DNA from: Nematocida ausubeli
Taxonomy: Eukaryota
Length of the DNA: 64,000 nucleotides
Reading direction: 5' to 3'
NCBI RefSeq assembly: GCF_000738915.1
Contig: NW_026515637.1
Span: 558,001-622,000 of the forward strand
The notes beneath the pieces are model-generated. The model was not told where the DNA came from. It worked only from the letters and a program-made list of their open reading frames with translations, and made no database searches. Each line of letters begins with the position of its first letter. Within the stretch, counting starts at the first letter, position 1. Both the position numbers and the translations under genes were made by a program. Shown one piece after another: positions 32,119-43,909 of the stretch.

Positions 32119-33112
32119 TTTTTCATTCAGTACTAAGAAATATGTTTAGTTTGCTCTTTGTGTCTGAAGAGACCTTAATGTCTTCTATAATGAAAAGAGA
32201 AAAGCCCCTTAAGAAAAATGTAAATGTGCCCAAAGATGTCTTATACAGCTATGATGCAAGATGCACATAGAAAAGACATGTATGGGCTATGTGTGTGTAT
32301 ATAGCGAAAACATATGCTGTCCAGCAATTATGTGCACATACTATGAATTCAGAATGAAGGGTATTTGAGAATGGCATTTCTGTCTATGCATTCAGAGAAG
32401 CCTGGCTGTATGAACGCCTCTGGGCTTTAGAGGTGTTTTATATCTTGTAGTGTCTGTCGTCTGCAATAGACGCAATGCAATTCAATAAATATCTAACTTT
32501 AACTAGCTAAGAGTGGCCATTTGTAGTATTTTCTAGCTGTAGGAATAGTAAGAGCAATTCTTTTACATTCCATAAAATATATGCAAAGAGCACACATAAG
32601 TGCATTTTCAATAGACAGCTTCTAGAGGCATAACATGCGAAGACATCTTTCATAGTATACCAAGAAGAAGGTAGTTATCATTTATGCTGTATACATTGAT
32701 GCGGTGCAATGGGAAAGGATATACTCCGAATAGAATATAAATAAAAATAACATATTTAGCTGAGAGAGCATTTATTGAGCAGATGAGGAGTGGTGTGGCT
32801 ACTTCTCGTATAGCAGGTATGACTTAAACCCTTATAGTTGTATTCTTGCTTTGCAAACCTGGAATCTTGTTTATATCGGGGCATAGCCTGCTTACTTCTG
32901 GCTTCTCATATGCAACCACTCTATTGTAGGTGCTACCACCACTGCTAGAGGTCTCAGAAGGAATAGTAGGACTGTTCCTGGTATATTGGTTTTATAAGTA
33001 AAATAATTATGCTATGCCATAAGTGCACAGCATAGAATTGGCAATGTCCAATATCAAAGAGGATATCAGACTCTAATTGTGGCGCACAATGCATTGTACT
33101 TATTGATTAGCC

Positions 33113-35896
33113 CTATATTGGGCCAAAAACAACAGAACAATATCTCTGCAAATGTTCAATTATTTTACTTCTTTGGTCATCATAAAACATTTTCATTATT
33201 TTACTTATACACTGTCTGTCATTATGCCAGTAGATCTGAGCGTATATTGCTATTAGATTTGCAACGCCATGTGGTTGATTATTTTCCATCGCACAGCTAA
33301 TTAAAGTTGTTATGACACAAAGTGATATATCATCTTCTTTTATGGGATCCATATCTTTAATAATATTTATGTTGTCAAAGTGTATTCTAATATTCTTGTC
33401 ATTGTATCCTATGCAGAGAATTAAGAGTAGCTGAAGCTCAATATTATCCTCTACATGATCTAATACCATGTTATGTAAAATACAAATGCAATGGCTGAGT
33501 GGGCAATTATCTTTTATAAGCGTATATACATAGTCTTTAACATAGCCAATTAGATTGTCTGTATTTGCAGCTACACGTTCTAGCACTTGTAACAACGGTT
33601 GATTTGAGAGAACGTTTGTACTTTTCAGGCTCTGATATGCATCTGTGCAGGCGTAAAGCATCCTATAGCTTTTGAGCCTGTGCTCCTCTATATGGTGAGC
33701 ATAGTCAAAAAGAATGTACTTGGAAAATCTATCCGTTTTCATATTTTCTATTTTAGACTTCGCGATAGATATTTCTCTTTTTGTAGATTTATCTAGATTT
33801 ATAGCTGGCATAGAAGTTTTAAGATAGCTTATTTTAGGGGTCATTGCATGCATGACTAAAGCGTGTGCTTGGCTCCTATTCGCATAATATATCTCCATGT
33901 TTCCATATAGCTCAGGCAGATAGCTATCTTTTTCTAATTTGTGGGCTATAATTTCCACAAATACATGTCTTCCGGTTATATCTGATTCTTGGATTCCGCG
34001 CCACTCCTGTCTGTTTGCGCATGGAACACAGTTCCTGGAAAGAGAAGAAAATAATTTCGATGCATATTGTTCTATAATTCTTATAAGATGTTTTGGTCGA
34101 TTTTCATGAGTAAATGGGTGTTCTATTGCCACTTTAACTTTAAGATATTCTATTTTCTTTTTCTCTTCTTCGTACCTCCCTACAAGCTTTAAAATTATGG
34201 TGAGGATATTAAGAATGTCGGATTTTATAATTATGCTACCATTATCCAGAGCCATGTAATGTATGGCTACATCCTCATCCTTTATATTTCTAACTATTTT
34301 TCTCCAAGCCATATGAATACTACTAAGCATTTTCTTGCTTAGATATTTTCCATTTAAGTTTCTGCTATTTAATTCACTCTTATTTAAATCTTCTTGCACT
34401 TTGGATGACTCATTGAAAGGTTTTTTAATACTGCATGACAGCTGAGAAAAGAAATCCTTTGCCTCCTGCGGGGCATTGGGTATATGGTCAAGACTGTAGG
34501 TATCGCTTTCTGGCTCATATGCAAAGCAGCAGAACATTCCCAACAATGTAGACTCAACATCAGTTAAAAACACATTTGTTTCTAAATACGCATTATTATG
34601 GATGTGTATTGTAGCTTCTTCTTTAAAGAAAAGCCTTAGAAAATCATCTGGAGGCAATAATCTGGCCTTTTCGGGGCATATAGTGAGGTCTTCTAATTCC
34701 TTTAGCATTTCCCAATATTCGGCCGCTTTATGAATATTATATTTAGGTACAAAGCATCTTCTAAAGAACCTCTCTGCGGTTTGCTTTTGACTGTGCGGAT
34801 TGTCTTTTTTACACTCTATCATATGATCAGACACCATCTTGTATACAGTCCTATTAAAGCGCACAGCTTCTTCTTTGGTTTGCAGATAGTGGTGTATGTA
34901 CGATTGTATAAGCCAATTCGGGCTTGAAATAAAATATTTGTCCCAGAACTCTTTTTTTAAATCCCCCTCTATATCCTTTCTATAGGCATTAACTTGTGAG
35001 TCTGCGCATGTTCTAGTAATATAGCAAATAATATCATCCAAGATGTGAGCCTGGTCAAAATACTCTAATTGATTAGTGGTATGGTTTTGTTTTGTATAAT
35101 GCAGATTATATAGATTTAACTCAATGCATCCCATTTCCTGCGCCATTTCTTTGTCATCTATACATACTTTTCTTAGTGTAACGGCCGAAACTTTTTTATT
35201 AGATCTATTAAGCTTCAGCGGCACTTCTATTCCTTCCGTCCTTAGCAGAAGCGTTGCAAGAAGTGTATGGGCATGCTTCTTTATATTTTCACTGTTCAGG
35301 AATTTTGTAAATGAATTGATGGAGTATCTTGCTGGATCAATGCTTAACTCTCCATCAGGAGAAGGAAACATATGCATTAGAATATAAAAGAATTTTGCAT
35401 GATCCATTTTACCTAACTCTAAGTCTTTATGCCGCGCACTATCTTTATCTGGGTTTCTTCTGTATGTATTGCCATATCCCTTGCTAGAGACTATATAGCC
35501 TGGGTATATATAGCTTGAATAGAATCGCAGTTTGTGAATATCATTTCTTTTGTTGCAGAGATACATCATCAATGGGCTTAGCGGGCCATGTATATTGGCC
35601 ACCTTTTTGACTATTTCCCCTGGATTTACTACCATTTGATGCACCTTCTCTGCGTCACTTCTTGTTAGTATTGCGCAGACTTGCTGCACAGCGAGAAGGG
35701 CAAGCACAAAAAGGATTTTTATTAGTAGCCCTACAAAGCTATTTCTAGCACCTTTTTCTTCGCTGTGCTCTTGCTTTCTGCACTTTCCTGTATTGCAAGC
35801 CTTTTTCCTTGAGAGCTCGCTCTTGTAGCTATCTAAATATCTCAATGCATTATTGCTGTTCTCTTCTATAACTCGATTCATATATCTACTTTTCAT
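33113..35896 (-). CDS. Nematocida large gene family 1-like protein, divergent member
   Basis: Signal-like hydrophobic stretch; shares GPL, FPSPDGELSI, LIQSYI, LLGMFCCFAY and YG motifs with paralogs at 46.7-49.5 and 58.8-61.5 kb. Family name is from recall. Confidence 0.75.
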   Translation of the reverse strand: MKSRYMNRVIEENSNNALRYLDSYKSELSRKKACNTGKCRKQEHSEEKGARNSFVGLLIKILFVLALLAVQQVCAILTRSDAEKVHQMVVNPGEIVKKVANIHGPLSPLMMYLCNKRNDIHKLRFYSSYIYPGYIVSSKGYGNTYRRNPDKDSARHKDLELGKMDHAKFFYILMHMFPSPDGELSIDPARYSINSFTKFLNSENIKKHAHTLLATLLLRTEGIEVPLKLNRSNKKVSAVTLRKVCIDDKEMAQEMGCIELNLYNLHYTKQNHTTNQLEYFDQAHILDDIICYITRTCADSQVNAYRKDIEGDLKKEFWDKYFISSPNWLIQSYIHHYLQTKEEAVRFNRTVYKMVSDHMIECKKDNPHSQKQTAERFFRRCFVPKYNIHKAAEYWEMLKELEDLTICPEKARLLPPDDFLRLFFKEEATIHIHNNAYLETNVFLTDVESTLLGMFCCFAYEPESDTYSLDHIPNAPQEAKDFFSQLSCSIKKPFNESSKVQEDLNKSELNSRNLNGKYLSKKMLSSIHMAWRKIVRNIKDEDVAIHYMALDNGSIIIKSDILNILTIILKLVGRYEEEKKKIEYLKVKVAIEHPFTHENRPKHLIRIIEQYASKLFSSLSRNCVPCANRQEWRGIQESDITGRHVFVEIIAHKLEKDSYLPELYGNMEIYYANRSQAHALVMHAMTPKISYLKTSMPAINLDKSTKREISIAKSKIENMKTDRFSKYILFDYAHHIEEHRLKSYRMLYACTDAYQSLKSTNVLSNQPLLQVLERVAANTDNLIGYVKDYVYTLIKDNCPLSHCICILHNMVLDHVEDNIELQLLLILCIGYNDKNIRIHFDNINIIKDMDPIKEDDISLCVITTLISCAMENNQPHGVANLIAIYAQIYWHNDRQCISKIMKMFYDDQRSKIIEHLQRYCSVVFGPI

Positions 35897-37936
35897 AATG
35901 AAAATTTGTTAAATACAGATGTAAAAGGAAAATCCTCCCACCTACTAGGCAATAGTTGTCTAAAAGAGAAAGAGTGGTTATTAAAAGAGTTGCCTTAGCA
36001 TGCAGCTGCTTTGTCTTATAGTATTGTGATGCAGTGCTTGTGCGGGTTTCTTTTACTGTAAGGCGTTGGCATGTGCTGGGCCTTTCACACTCTGTTCTAC
36101 AATTAAATAACAGTCTATCTTTGATCTAGGGGCTGCAAGTTCTCTGAAACTATTTATACACCCAAGATGATATGATTTGAAGCCATATAAATAGGAAAAT
36201 TATCATCAATAGTTTTTTGGTTACATCGTATATAAATTAATATAGTGCGCAATATATTAAAAAAGCAGGTCACTTCCATACATATGGCATAAACTGTTTA
36301 TATTAATCTATTTTTTATACCAGGCCAGAGCCACAGTAATAGCAGCAGCAATAAAGCACTATTCTACAGTTTTATAGTGCAGCATATTTTGGGAGGCAGT
36401 GTACCAGCCCACTGTCATAATAGAAGTCTATGCAGAGCTATGTGTAAATAAAGAAAAGCGTTGGTATACCAAATTTATTTGTGACGGACATGCACACACT
36501 AAAGAAGCACTCAGACGGACACAGCAGCACGCCCACACCACAGACCATTCAACATGCAGCCATCCTGTGCTGTGCGCAGCCCGGGGCAGCAGGTGCTCAC
36601 AAGTCCGTGTGTAGAACCTCCGCTGCGCCACGGTGTCTGCGCGGCCTGCAGCTGTTCAGACACGCAGCACAGAAACACTGCACATCTTTTGGTGGGCTGG
36701 GCAGGAGCGCATGGCTGGGACTCTGCTGTCATGCCAGGCAGTGACGCCTATAGCAATCACCTTCTCTCCAAGCAGACGGGCTCTGTCAATCGAGCAGGAC
36801 AGAGGCCATCTCCAGAGAAAAGAAGGCATACAGACGCCCAGGCCATCTTTTCTCGGCTGCTGTCTCCCGAGTGCTGCAGCAGAGTGTGCCCGGCAATTAC
36901 ACAGTAAAAGAGAGATCCCCGCGGATCTGTGGTGGACTCGTGCAGTACAGAGCGGCTAGATATACCTCTACAGGAACGGGCGCAGCTGCTAAGGGGCATA
37001 CTGCTTATTGCGAAATAGGTGTCAAATGCATGTACGACTGTTCACTATCCTTCTCTCTAACGCGCGCATGCAATACGATCTTGATCTGTCTGTTCTCGGA
37101 CCGCTCTCTAGTTTCCCTCTCTGCTCGCACAAAAATATTCGCTTTCTATGTTCTATGAGACATCTCATATGTCTCTGCTATGCTGCTATGCATACTGCGT
37201 GCTATACAATACTGTGGTGGGTCTCGTCGTGCGCTTCATCTCGGTCTTCTGTTTCTGGACTGTGTGTACGGACTGCATGTGCCCTGGCGGCTTCTGCTGG
37301 ACATGATATTTCTGTGTGATCGGGCTGATGGTAGGAGGTTCATGGGGAAGTGTGTATGCAGGTTATTCTTTCTTTTCTTCATTTCTTGTGTGGTCCTGGC
37401 GCTCAGCTGTTCTTTCTTCTGTGTCCTGCCTTCCCCATGATGTTGTTTTGGTGCTCGCCTTCGCTCTTGCGCTTTTCTGGTCTTTGCTGATCTTCAGGTT
37501 CTCTGCTGCTATAAATAAAATATTTCGCGCGTATTTATGCACAAAAATAATAAAAAGAGACTGTTTTCAGCCCGCCCATTCCCAGGGACGCAAAAAGGCG
37601 CTGTGTCACTGCGGCCCGTGCTGTATCGCACACTACCGCGCTGCAGATTGCTACTTTGCTCCCTGGCATTGGAGACCACGTGTGTGTGTTTGCGTACTGC
37701 ATAGAAGGAATATCCTATGTATAGAAAGAAGAAGCATAGTTAAATGGCTTGCCTGGCTGAAGAGTGTGGCAGGATATCTTATACTGCTGCAGGCTATTGA
37801 GTCTGGTGGGTCTTCTGAAAGAGCTGCAAAGAAAAAGAAGAAGTATATGCACAGTTTATTTCTGAAATGTGTCTGTAGGTGCACGGACAGAGTAAGAGAC
37901 AGATGTGCATGTACTCGCTGTCTTTGCAGCCACTGT

Positions 37937-39205
37937 CTACTTGATGTGCACGCCCGCTTGCTCCACTTGAGTGGCCTGGCTCTGGTACTTCTCTTTCTGT
38001 CTTTTGAAGAGCACGTTGTCTGCCAGCTCGTCTCCGGAAGAAAGGCTGCGCGACTCAAAAGAGGACTCGTCCTGTCCTGGAAGAGAGAGCGCCTCTTCTT
38101 TGGGCGCTGCCTGTCTTTCTGGGTAGACCTCCTCCGACTGCTCACTGGAGTCCTCCAAGGCGCTGTCGCAGTACGCTTCACTGTGTGCGTATGGGGCTGG
38201 GCTCTTAGCAGGCGTGTCCTCAGAAGAGAGGTCTATCCGGAGCAGCTCTGCAGCGATGACGTACTTAATGTACTTCAGTACCTCGCAAACAAAGCCTATT
38301 GCAGTTTCTGACATTGTGTGCTTTTTGTTCTCTACAAACACGCTTGCCTGCACACTGTTGCACAGCGAGACATATGCCAGAAGAGCAGGCCTGCAGAGAG
38401 CCAGGCGCTCTGCCATGGTCTCAAGAGGTGCCAGGGCCTCAGACACAAGGCAGTTTGCAGCTGTTTCGTCCATCAGAGCGCGGTGCCCTGAATGGCCCTG
38501 GCTTATGCTGTGGAACTTCTCGCTGGAGAGTAGAAGGTCGTCTGTGAGGGAGAAACCCTTTTGGGAGAGAGTGAAGAAGAGGATTACAGGAAGATACGCA
38601 ACATCGCCCATTGCCTCTGTGTCCTGTGCAATCTTCTCGATCTCTCGCATAAAGGACACAAGCGCGTGCAGCTCTGCGTGCTCCTTCTCTGCCTGTGTTT
38701 TTTTAATTTGTACTTCTTCTGCCTGTGTGTCCGGCTCTCCCACTAGTAGAGAGTTTGCAGCATTAGAAGCATTAGCAGGAGAGTTTGCATCAGCAGAAGG
38801 CTCTAGCGGCAGCTCGCACTCTAAAGCGGTGCTCTGTGCAGATGAGCTCTCTATGTGTGCAGGCTGCTCTGCAGGCGCAGACCTCTCATCCAGACCATAT
38901 GTTTCTGGATATACAGGCCTGTCTACCGCACTTTCTAGAGCACTCTTTGTGATCTTCTGCTTCTTTTTTGTGCTTTGGACTATGTCTGTCTCTTGCGTGG
39001 CCTGCATAGCGAGTGTGCCTGTGCAGAGAGAAGATGTCTTAGACAGTCCTCCCTTGCGAAGTGTCTCTTCACAGGGCAAAGGGCTCTCTGCGGCATCAGA
39101 AACCTTTGCTTTGCTTTTGAATGCGCCAAGGAAAAATCTTTTCATACGCCCTGCAATGGACGTGCTTTTCTTCTGAGCTTTCGAGTGGTCTTTCTTTGCA
39201 AGCAT
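37937..39205 (-). CDS. Hypothetical protein (422 aa), Ala/Glu/Ser-rich
   Basis: Long ORF with coding-like codon usage; overlapping plus-strand ORFs look like its shadows. Confidence 0.75.
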   Translation of the reverse strand: MLAKKDHSKAQKKSTSIAGRMKRFFLGAFKSKAKVSDAAESPLPCEETLRKGGLSKTSSLCTGTLAMQATQETDIVQSTKKKQKITKSALESAVDRPVYPETYGLDERSAPAEQPAHIESSSAQSTALECELPLEPSADANSPANASNAANSLLVGEPDTQAEEVQIKKTQAEKEHAELHALVSFMREIEKIAQDTEAMGDVAYLPVILFFTLSQKGFSLTDDLLLSSEKFHSISQGHSGHRALMDETAANCLVSEALAPLETMAERLALCRPALLAYVSLCNSVQASVFVENKKHTMSETAIGFVCEVLKYIKYVIAAELLRIDLSSEDTPAKSPAPYAHSEAYCDSALEDSSEQSEEVYPERQAAPKEEALSLPGQDESSFESRSLSSGDELADNVLFKRQKEKYQSQATQVEQAGVHIK

Positions 39206-41033
39206 TTTTTCTGCACATCACAAATAGAACCTAATTATACGCACTAGGTGATAAACAAACAAATAGTTAGGCCCAAAGCCCGGCAATTAGATTAAAAAGT
39301 GAATGCAATACTAGGATACCCCCTCCTTTATGCAAGATATACATATATCCATGTGGCTTGGCCTGGATTTGATCTTTCTTGTGCGCGTGTGACCTCTCGT
39401 GTGCACCAGCATAACCACACCAGTCCATCTCCTCTTGTTGAAGGGTCTTCAAACTTAGTGCTTTTTTTGATTTTCCCTGTCCTTTGCCAATTTTATTTAA
39501 AAAACCTCTCCACATCTATACAGATGTTAACAAGTTTGAAACTATACGAAAAATACAAAAATAAAAATATAGAAATATACGCATAAATAGCAGGAAGAAA
39601 TAAGAGTTTTTATTAGACATTCACAAAGTCTATTTTCTAATATTATCTTCTTTCAGATTATATTTGGGCTATATCTGCGAAGGCTAACACTAATAGGATA
39701 TGTACACAGATCTATATAAAGATAATAAAAAGATTCCCAAATATAAAGAAAGAGCCAAATAACAAAAAAGAATGCATACTTGAAATTTCTTTAAAAAACA
39801 AAGAATCCACTTAGACTTAATCCAATATGAAATGTTTTAACAGCCACTTTCTTGTTTTATATCGAATAAACTGCAGAGCCGCCCACAGAAATAAACTTTG
39901 ACACGCATACTGCATCGATAGCTCGCTTTAATAGCAGAATTTTCTAAATAATATGTTTGCTGTATAAAGCCATTATAGCATGTGTATTTTTTTCTGAATT
40001 CGTTTACAAGCTGCACTATTTAGAGCATAAATCTTTGTGTTTCTTTTGAATAGTATATTACATGAGCAATATGCTGTGCAGGTGCTATGACTAAAAGATT
40101 ACTATGCGTTAGAGATATATTCCTGAAAGGTAATAATTTCACAGAACTATGTAAAAATAGTGTGTAAATTTGCTGCATTTCTTAAGTATAAAATAATAGC
40201 AAAGAAAAGTAAAACAGAAGTGGATATGATAAATATCTTTAAAGTATAAAGTTAAAAACTTAGCTTTAAATGGTGTATACTTTAATGATTGCAGCGGAAA
40301 TGCGTGCAGAGAAAACATAGAATAAGAGTAGCACATAAGAATGCTTTTTATAATTATAAATGCTTATTTATAGCTAAAATAGTTTTTCTACTGCTTCAAC
40401 TGACGCTATATCACTCTTCTGGATATGCAGCATGGCAGATGCAGCAATTCTTTCTGTACTTCTAGTTATATAAAAGAATATTAGTAAAAAAAGAAAGTCT
40501 CATGTATGCCCGCATAAAGAGCTTTTTAATTATATGGAGGTCAAGAATAATAGATTTTTCTTGTTTTAAATATAAAAATAGTTCTGACTTGACAAACAAT
40601 ATGAGTTTATATACTACTGCATCTTCATGATCCAGCTTCCCATGTTAAAGTGCATTTTCATGAGTTTTCTTTACCAAACGTATCTTATTAAGTAATTTTT
40701 ATTATGTTTGAACTGCAAAGAAAAAGAATCTCTGTATACTAGCTAACTTCAGTATGGAGCTTATTTAAACTTTTCTTCTTTAGAATGCATATACATCACT
40801 GCCCATGCTATTTTACGTATAGCACGCCTAAGCGTATTTATGTGCTTATTGAGTATCTGTATAGACGCTTTTATTCGCTGTTACTATATTCTTCTATATC
40901 TGTATAAATAGTCAAAAGCGCCTTTTTGTTCTCCATCTACATATGAATGCGATTACCTATTGAAAATGTGACCTATTCATAAGATTAAAGCTCTTTTATG
41001 CTTTATTAGCAATATATATTTTTATTTTCTACT

Positions 41034-41858
41034 ATGGTGCGCTTTGTGGTTTTCTTAGCACTGTGCATTCTATCTGTAAGGTGCATTGATATAGAAAATC
41101 TAGACAGAGAATACTATACAATACAGAATAAGACCAATGTTATGCCTGGCATGCCTACACAGCCAGGTGCTCCATCATTTTTGAATATGAATATTGAGTT
41201 TGTTGAAAATGAAGTGAGAACTGAACTGAACAAAGCCATTCCTCTTATAGATAAGATAGACAAGCTGCTGGGGCTGGCATGGAAAGAGCTAGTACACTCA
41301 GACAGAAACAATAAAATTATTTTGATTCCGTTTAAAAGCATAAAGCTGCAGAACGATGACGGAGAGGTGAGTGTGGGGTATTATAGTCGAAGCTATGTAA
41401 AAAAAGACCGGATAATACAGGAGTATACAGGAGGCGATGTATGTGATATTTGCAAGAGCAAGAGCTGGAAAGGAAGCGTGCACTACATGGCAGATTCAGA
41501 AGAGCTTGAGCTATCAGGGCCAGTAGAGACATCAACATGTAGCTATAAGTTTCTTGTGCGTGGCAATGCACTAGCAACCAAAGAAAAATATGTTGTGCTG
41601 AGCGCAGTGCCCAGAGCTCAAAGCGAGAAAAAAGAAGAGAATTCAGATGAAGAAAAGAAGGAGGAAAAGAGCGTAGAGGAGAAGATAGAAAATACCTGCT
41701 CGCGGAAAGGATGCAATAGCGCCAAGTTCAGTGTAGGGCATGTAGAGAGTTCAGAAAATACTAAAGAGTCTAACGAGGGCATGGGCACTGAGCAACACAA
41801 TGAAGAAGAGGCAGAGAAGCCGACAAATGGACAGTACACAGTGAAGGAGGATTTATAG
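41034..41858 (+). CDS. ER-lumenal MRH-domain protein (OS-9/Yos9 or glucosidase II beta-like)
   Basis: Signal peptide; QEYTGGDVCD...VETSTCSYKF resembles an MRH domain; acidic tail; C-terminal KEDL. Confidence 0.7.
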   Translation: MVRFVVFLALCILSVRCIDIENLDREYYTIQNKTNVMPGMPTQPGAPSFLNMNIEFVENEVRTELNKAIPLIDKIDKLLGLAWKELVHSDRNNKIILIPFKSIKLQNDDGEVSVGYYSRSYVKKDRIIQEYTGGDVCDICKSKSWKGSVHYMADSEELELSGPVETSTCSYKFLVRGNALATKEKYVVLSAVPRAQSEKKEENSDEEKKEEKSVEEKIENTCSRKGCNSAKFSVGHVESSENTKESNEGMGTEQHNEEEAEKPTNGQYTVKEDL

Positions 41859-42328
41859 TGAGCGTTTTTGGCATCTGTGCCTTCTACAATATGTTGAGCG
41901 CAAAGAAGCTATTGTTATATGCTGTATAGGGCGCACATAGAATATGGCGCAGGCCTGTGTGGAAGCCGAGGAATATAATTGGCTATTTGTATTTAAAATA
42001 GAAAATGCGTAGACAAATTATTTTCTTCTATTACACGTCAAATTGCTTTGGGCATTGTGTGCACCAATCAAAATTATCTCTGCCTTCTGGGAAACACCCA
42101 ATTAGAAGATGGATGAAATGCTTTAATTGCGCAAAAGTCTGTTTTGGCAATTTTTCTTCTAAAAATAAATCAAATAATTGCATAATTTTAGGTAGGCAGG
42201 TTCAGTTTTATGCAGTAGATTATGGGAGGATGCAGGCGCCTGCAAAAAAGACACAAATCACTAGGTGGGTAGAGAAAGCAGCCGGAAAGATGGTATTTAG
42301 TAAAATGCAATTACTTTTTATTTTATTT

Positions 42329-42904
42329 ATGGAAAGAAAGGAGAAAACAAGTTTAATTCAAATGCTGAACACGTCGATTGGAAACATAAGTGGGCTTTTC
42401 AAGCAGAAAAAGCAAGAGACAGAGAGCAAGGATGTGGAGCTGGAGGAGATAGCTGCCAGCCAGGAAAAAGAGGAGTCTGAAAGCTTTCTTCTGGATGAGG
42501 AAGAAGAGTTTGAGAAGGACTTGAGCCGGCTCTCCATATCTATGGAGGAGGGCATGGAAAGCAAGAGAACAGGGTCCTTAGAGAATAAAATGGAGGCAGC
42601 CAGCACTACAAACACTTTTGTTGATGAGATAAACAAACTGAAAAAAATTATTGCACTGAAAGACGAGATATGGCTAAAGGAGCGAGAAAAAGACAAGGAA
42701 ACATCAGAGCTAAGAATTTTGGAAAGCATAAAAACGCAGGCAGAGCTGGACTATGAGAAAAAAAGAAGAAAGATACTACTGCAAACAATAGACTCGTTAG
42801 AAAGAAGGCTAGAGGAGAGCGAAATACAGTGTCTAGAGCTAATGAAGTATTGTAATTTACTGATAGAGCAGCAGGAAAGCGCAGGCGCAGAAAAGAAGAA
42901 ATAA
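42329..42904 (+). CDS. Coiled-coil protein with TACC-like C-terminus
   Basis: Acidic N-terminus, long coiled coil, terminal CLELMKYCNLLIEQ resembling the TACC ELTKICDELI motif. ATG at 42329 chosen. Confidence 0.55.
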   Translation: MERKEKTSLIQMLNTSIGNISGLFKQKKQETESKDVELEEIAASQEKEESESFLLDEEEEFEKDLSRLSISMEEGMESKRTGSLENKMEAASTTNTFVDEINKLKKIIALKDEIWLKEREKDKETSELRILESIKTQAELDYEKKRRKILLQTIDSLERRLEESEIQCLELMKYCNLLIEQQESAGAEKKK

Positions 42905-43095
42905 AAATAAAATATTTATTAAACAGAGTGAACATTTGGATCAAGTGTATTTTGCAAAAAAAAGAGGAGGCAGGCGACTGCAGGGAAGGGCAGTTGGTGC
43001 ACGAAAGATTAAAGAAAAAGATGCTTGCGCAGTAAAATGAAGTAAAGCCTTCATATAGTATTTTTGCGCCATTGCAGGTTGCACAAACAAGAAAA

Positions 43096-43167
43096 TGGAG
43101 AACCCGGGTATCGATCCCGGCACCTCTCGCATGCTAAGCGAGCGCTCTACCTCTGAGCTAGTCCCCC
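43096..43167 (-). tRNA. tRNA-Ala (AGC)
   Basis: GGGGGACTAGCTCAGAGGTAGAGCGCTCGCTTAGCATGCGAGAGGTGCCGGGATCGATACCCGGGTTCTCCA folds as a cloverleaf; anticodon AGC; G3:U70 pair; followed by TTTT. Confidence 0.95.
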
Positions 43168-43195
43168 ACATTTATGCAATAAAAAATTTGCACTC

Positions 43196-43909
43196 ATGTT
43201 TTACAACCAGTGCCGGGTTATACGAAGAAAGCTAGGCAGGTGGTCGGTGTACGACTACACGGGGAGCTTCCACCCAGAGCTATATAAGTACATGAAAAAC
43301 ACAAGCACGCTGCTTCCGTGGACTGCGAACAATAGCTTTCTATTAGATTCAGAGTCGTGGTTTTCAATTACGCCTGCTGACTTGGCGGAGCGCATTTCGG
43401 TTGGAATAAAGAATAAATTTGGAGGGCCTGCAAAGATTCTTGACCTCTTCTCAGGAGTAGGAGGAAACACGATTTCCTTTCTTAGACACAAAAACATAGT
43501 GCACTCTGTTGAAATAGACTACAAGAAGATTCGGTGCCTACAGAACAATATACGAGAATGCACTACCTCCCCGAACAGCAAGATCCTGCACTTTAGTGTG
43601 TACGATCCTGCCCTGCTGCAGCATCTAGATAATGGGTATGACGTGCTCATGGCCTCGCCCCCGTGGGGAGGGATTGATTACAAAAAGATTTCTGATGCTA
43701 AGCTGTTTAAACTATGCAGAGTCATGGAGTTAGAAGAAATATACAGAAAAACAACTCGCCTGCGAATATACATGCTGCCGCGGCACATATCAGATGAGGT
43801 GTTCAATGTTTTGAATGATAGGTTTTTGGTCTTTTCCGGTGTATCGCATAAGAATAGAGTGGTGGCAAAGATAATTGCAGTAGGTGATGTTACAGGATTC
43901 CATTTATAG
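43196..43909 (+). CDS. TGS1: Trimethylguanosine synthase (RNA cap hypermethylase)
   Basis: LDSESWFSITP, DLFSGVGGNTISF, ASPPWGG. Confidence 0.85.
   Translation: MFYNQCRVIRRKLGRWSVYDYTGSFHPELYKYMKNTSTLLPWTANNSFLLDSESWFSITPADLAERISVGIKNKFGGPAKILDLFSGVGGNTISFLRHKNIVHSVEIDYKKIRCLQNNIRECTTSPNSKILHFSVYDPALLQHLDNGYDVLMASPPWGGIDYKKISDAKLFKLCRVMELEEIYRKTTRLRIYMLPRHISDEVFNVLNDRFLVFSGVSHKNRVVAKIIAVGDVTGFHL

Noticed and set aside
37316..39176. Long plus-strand ORFs of 331 and 320 aa
   Set aside because: Atypical composition; largely antisense shadows of the 37937-39205 gene and the purine-skewed region.
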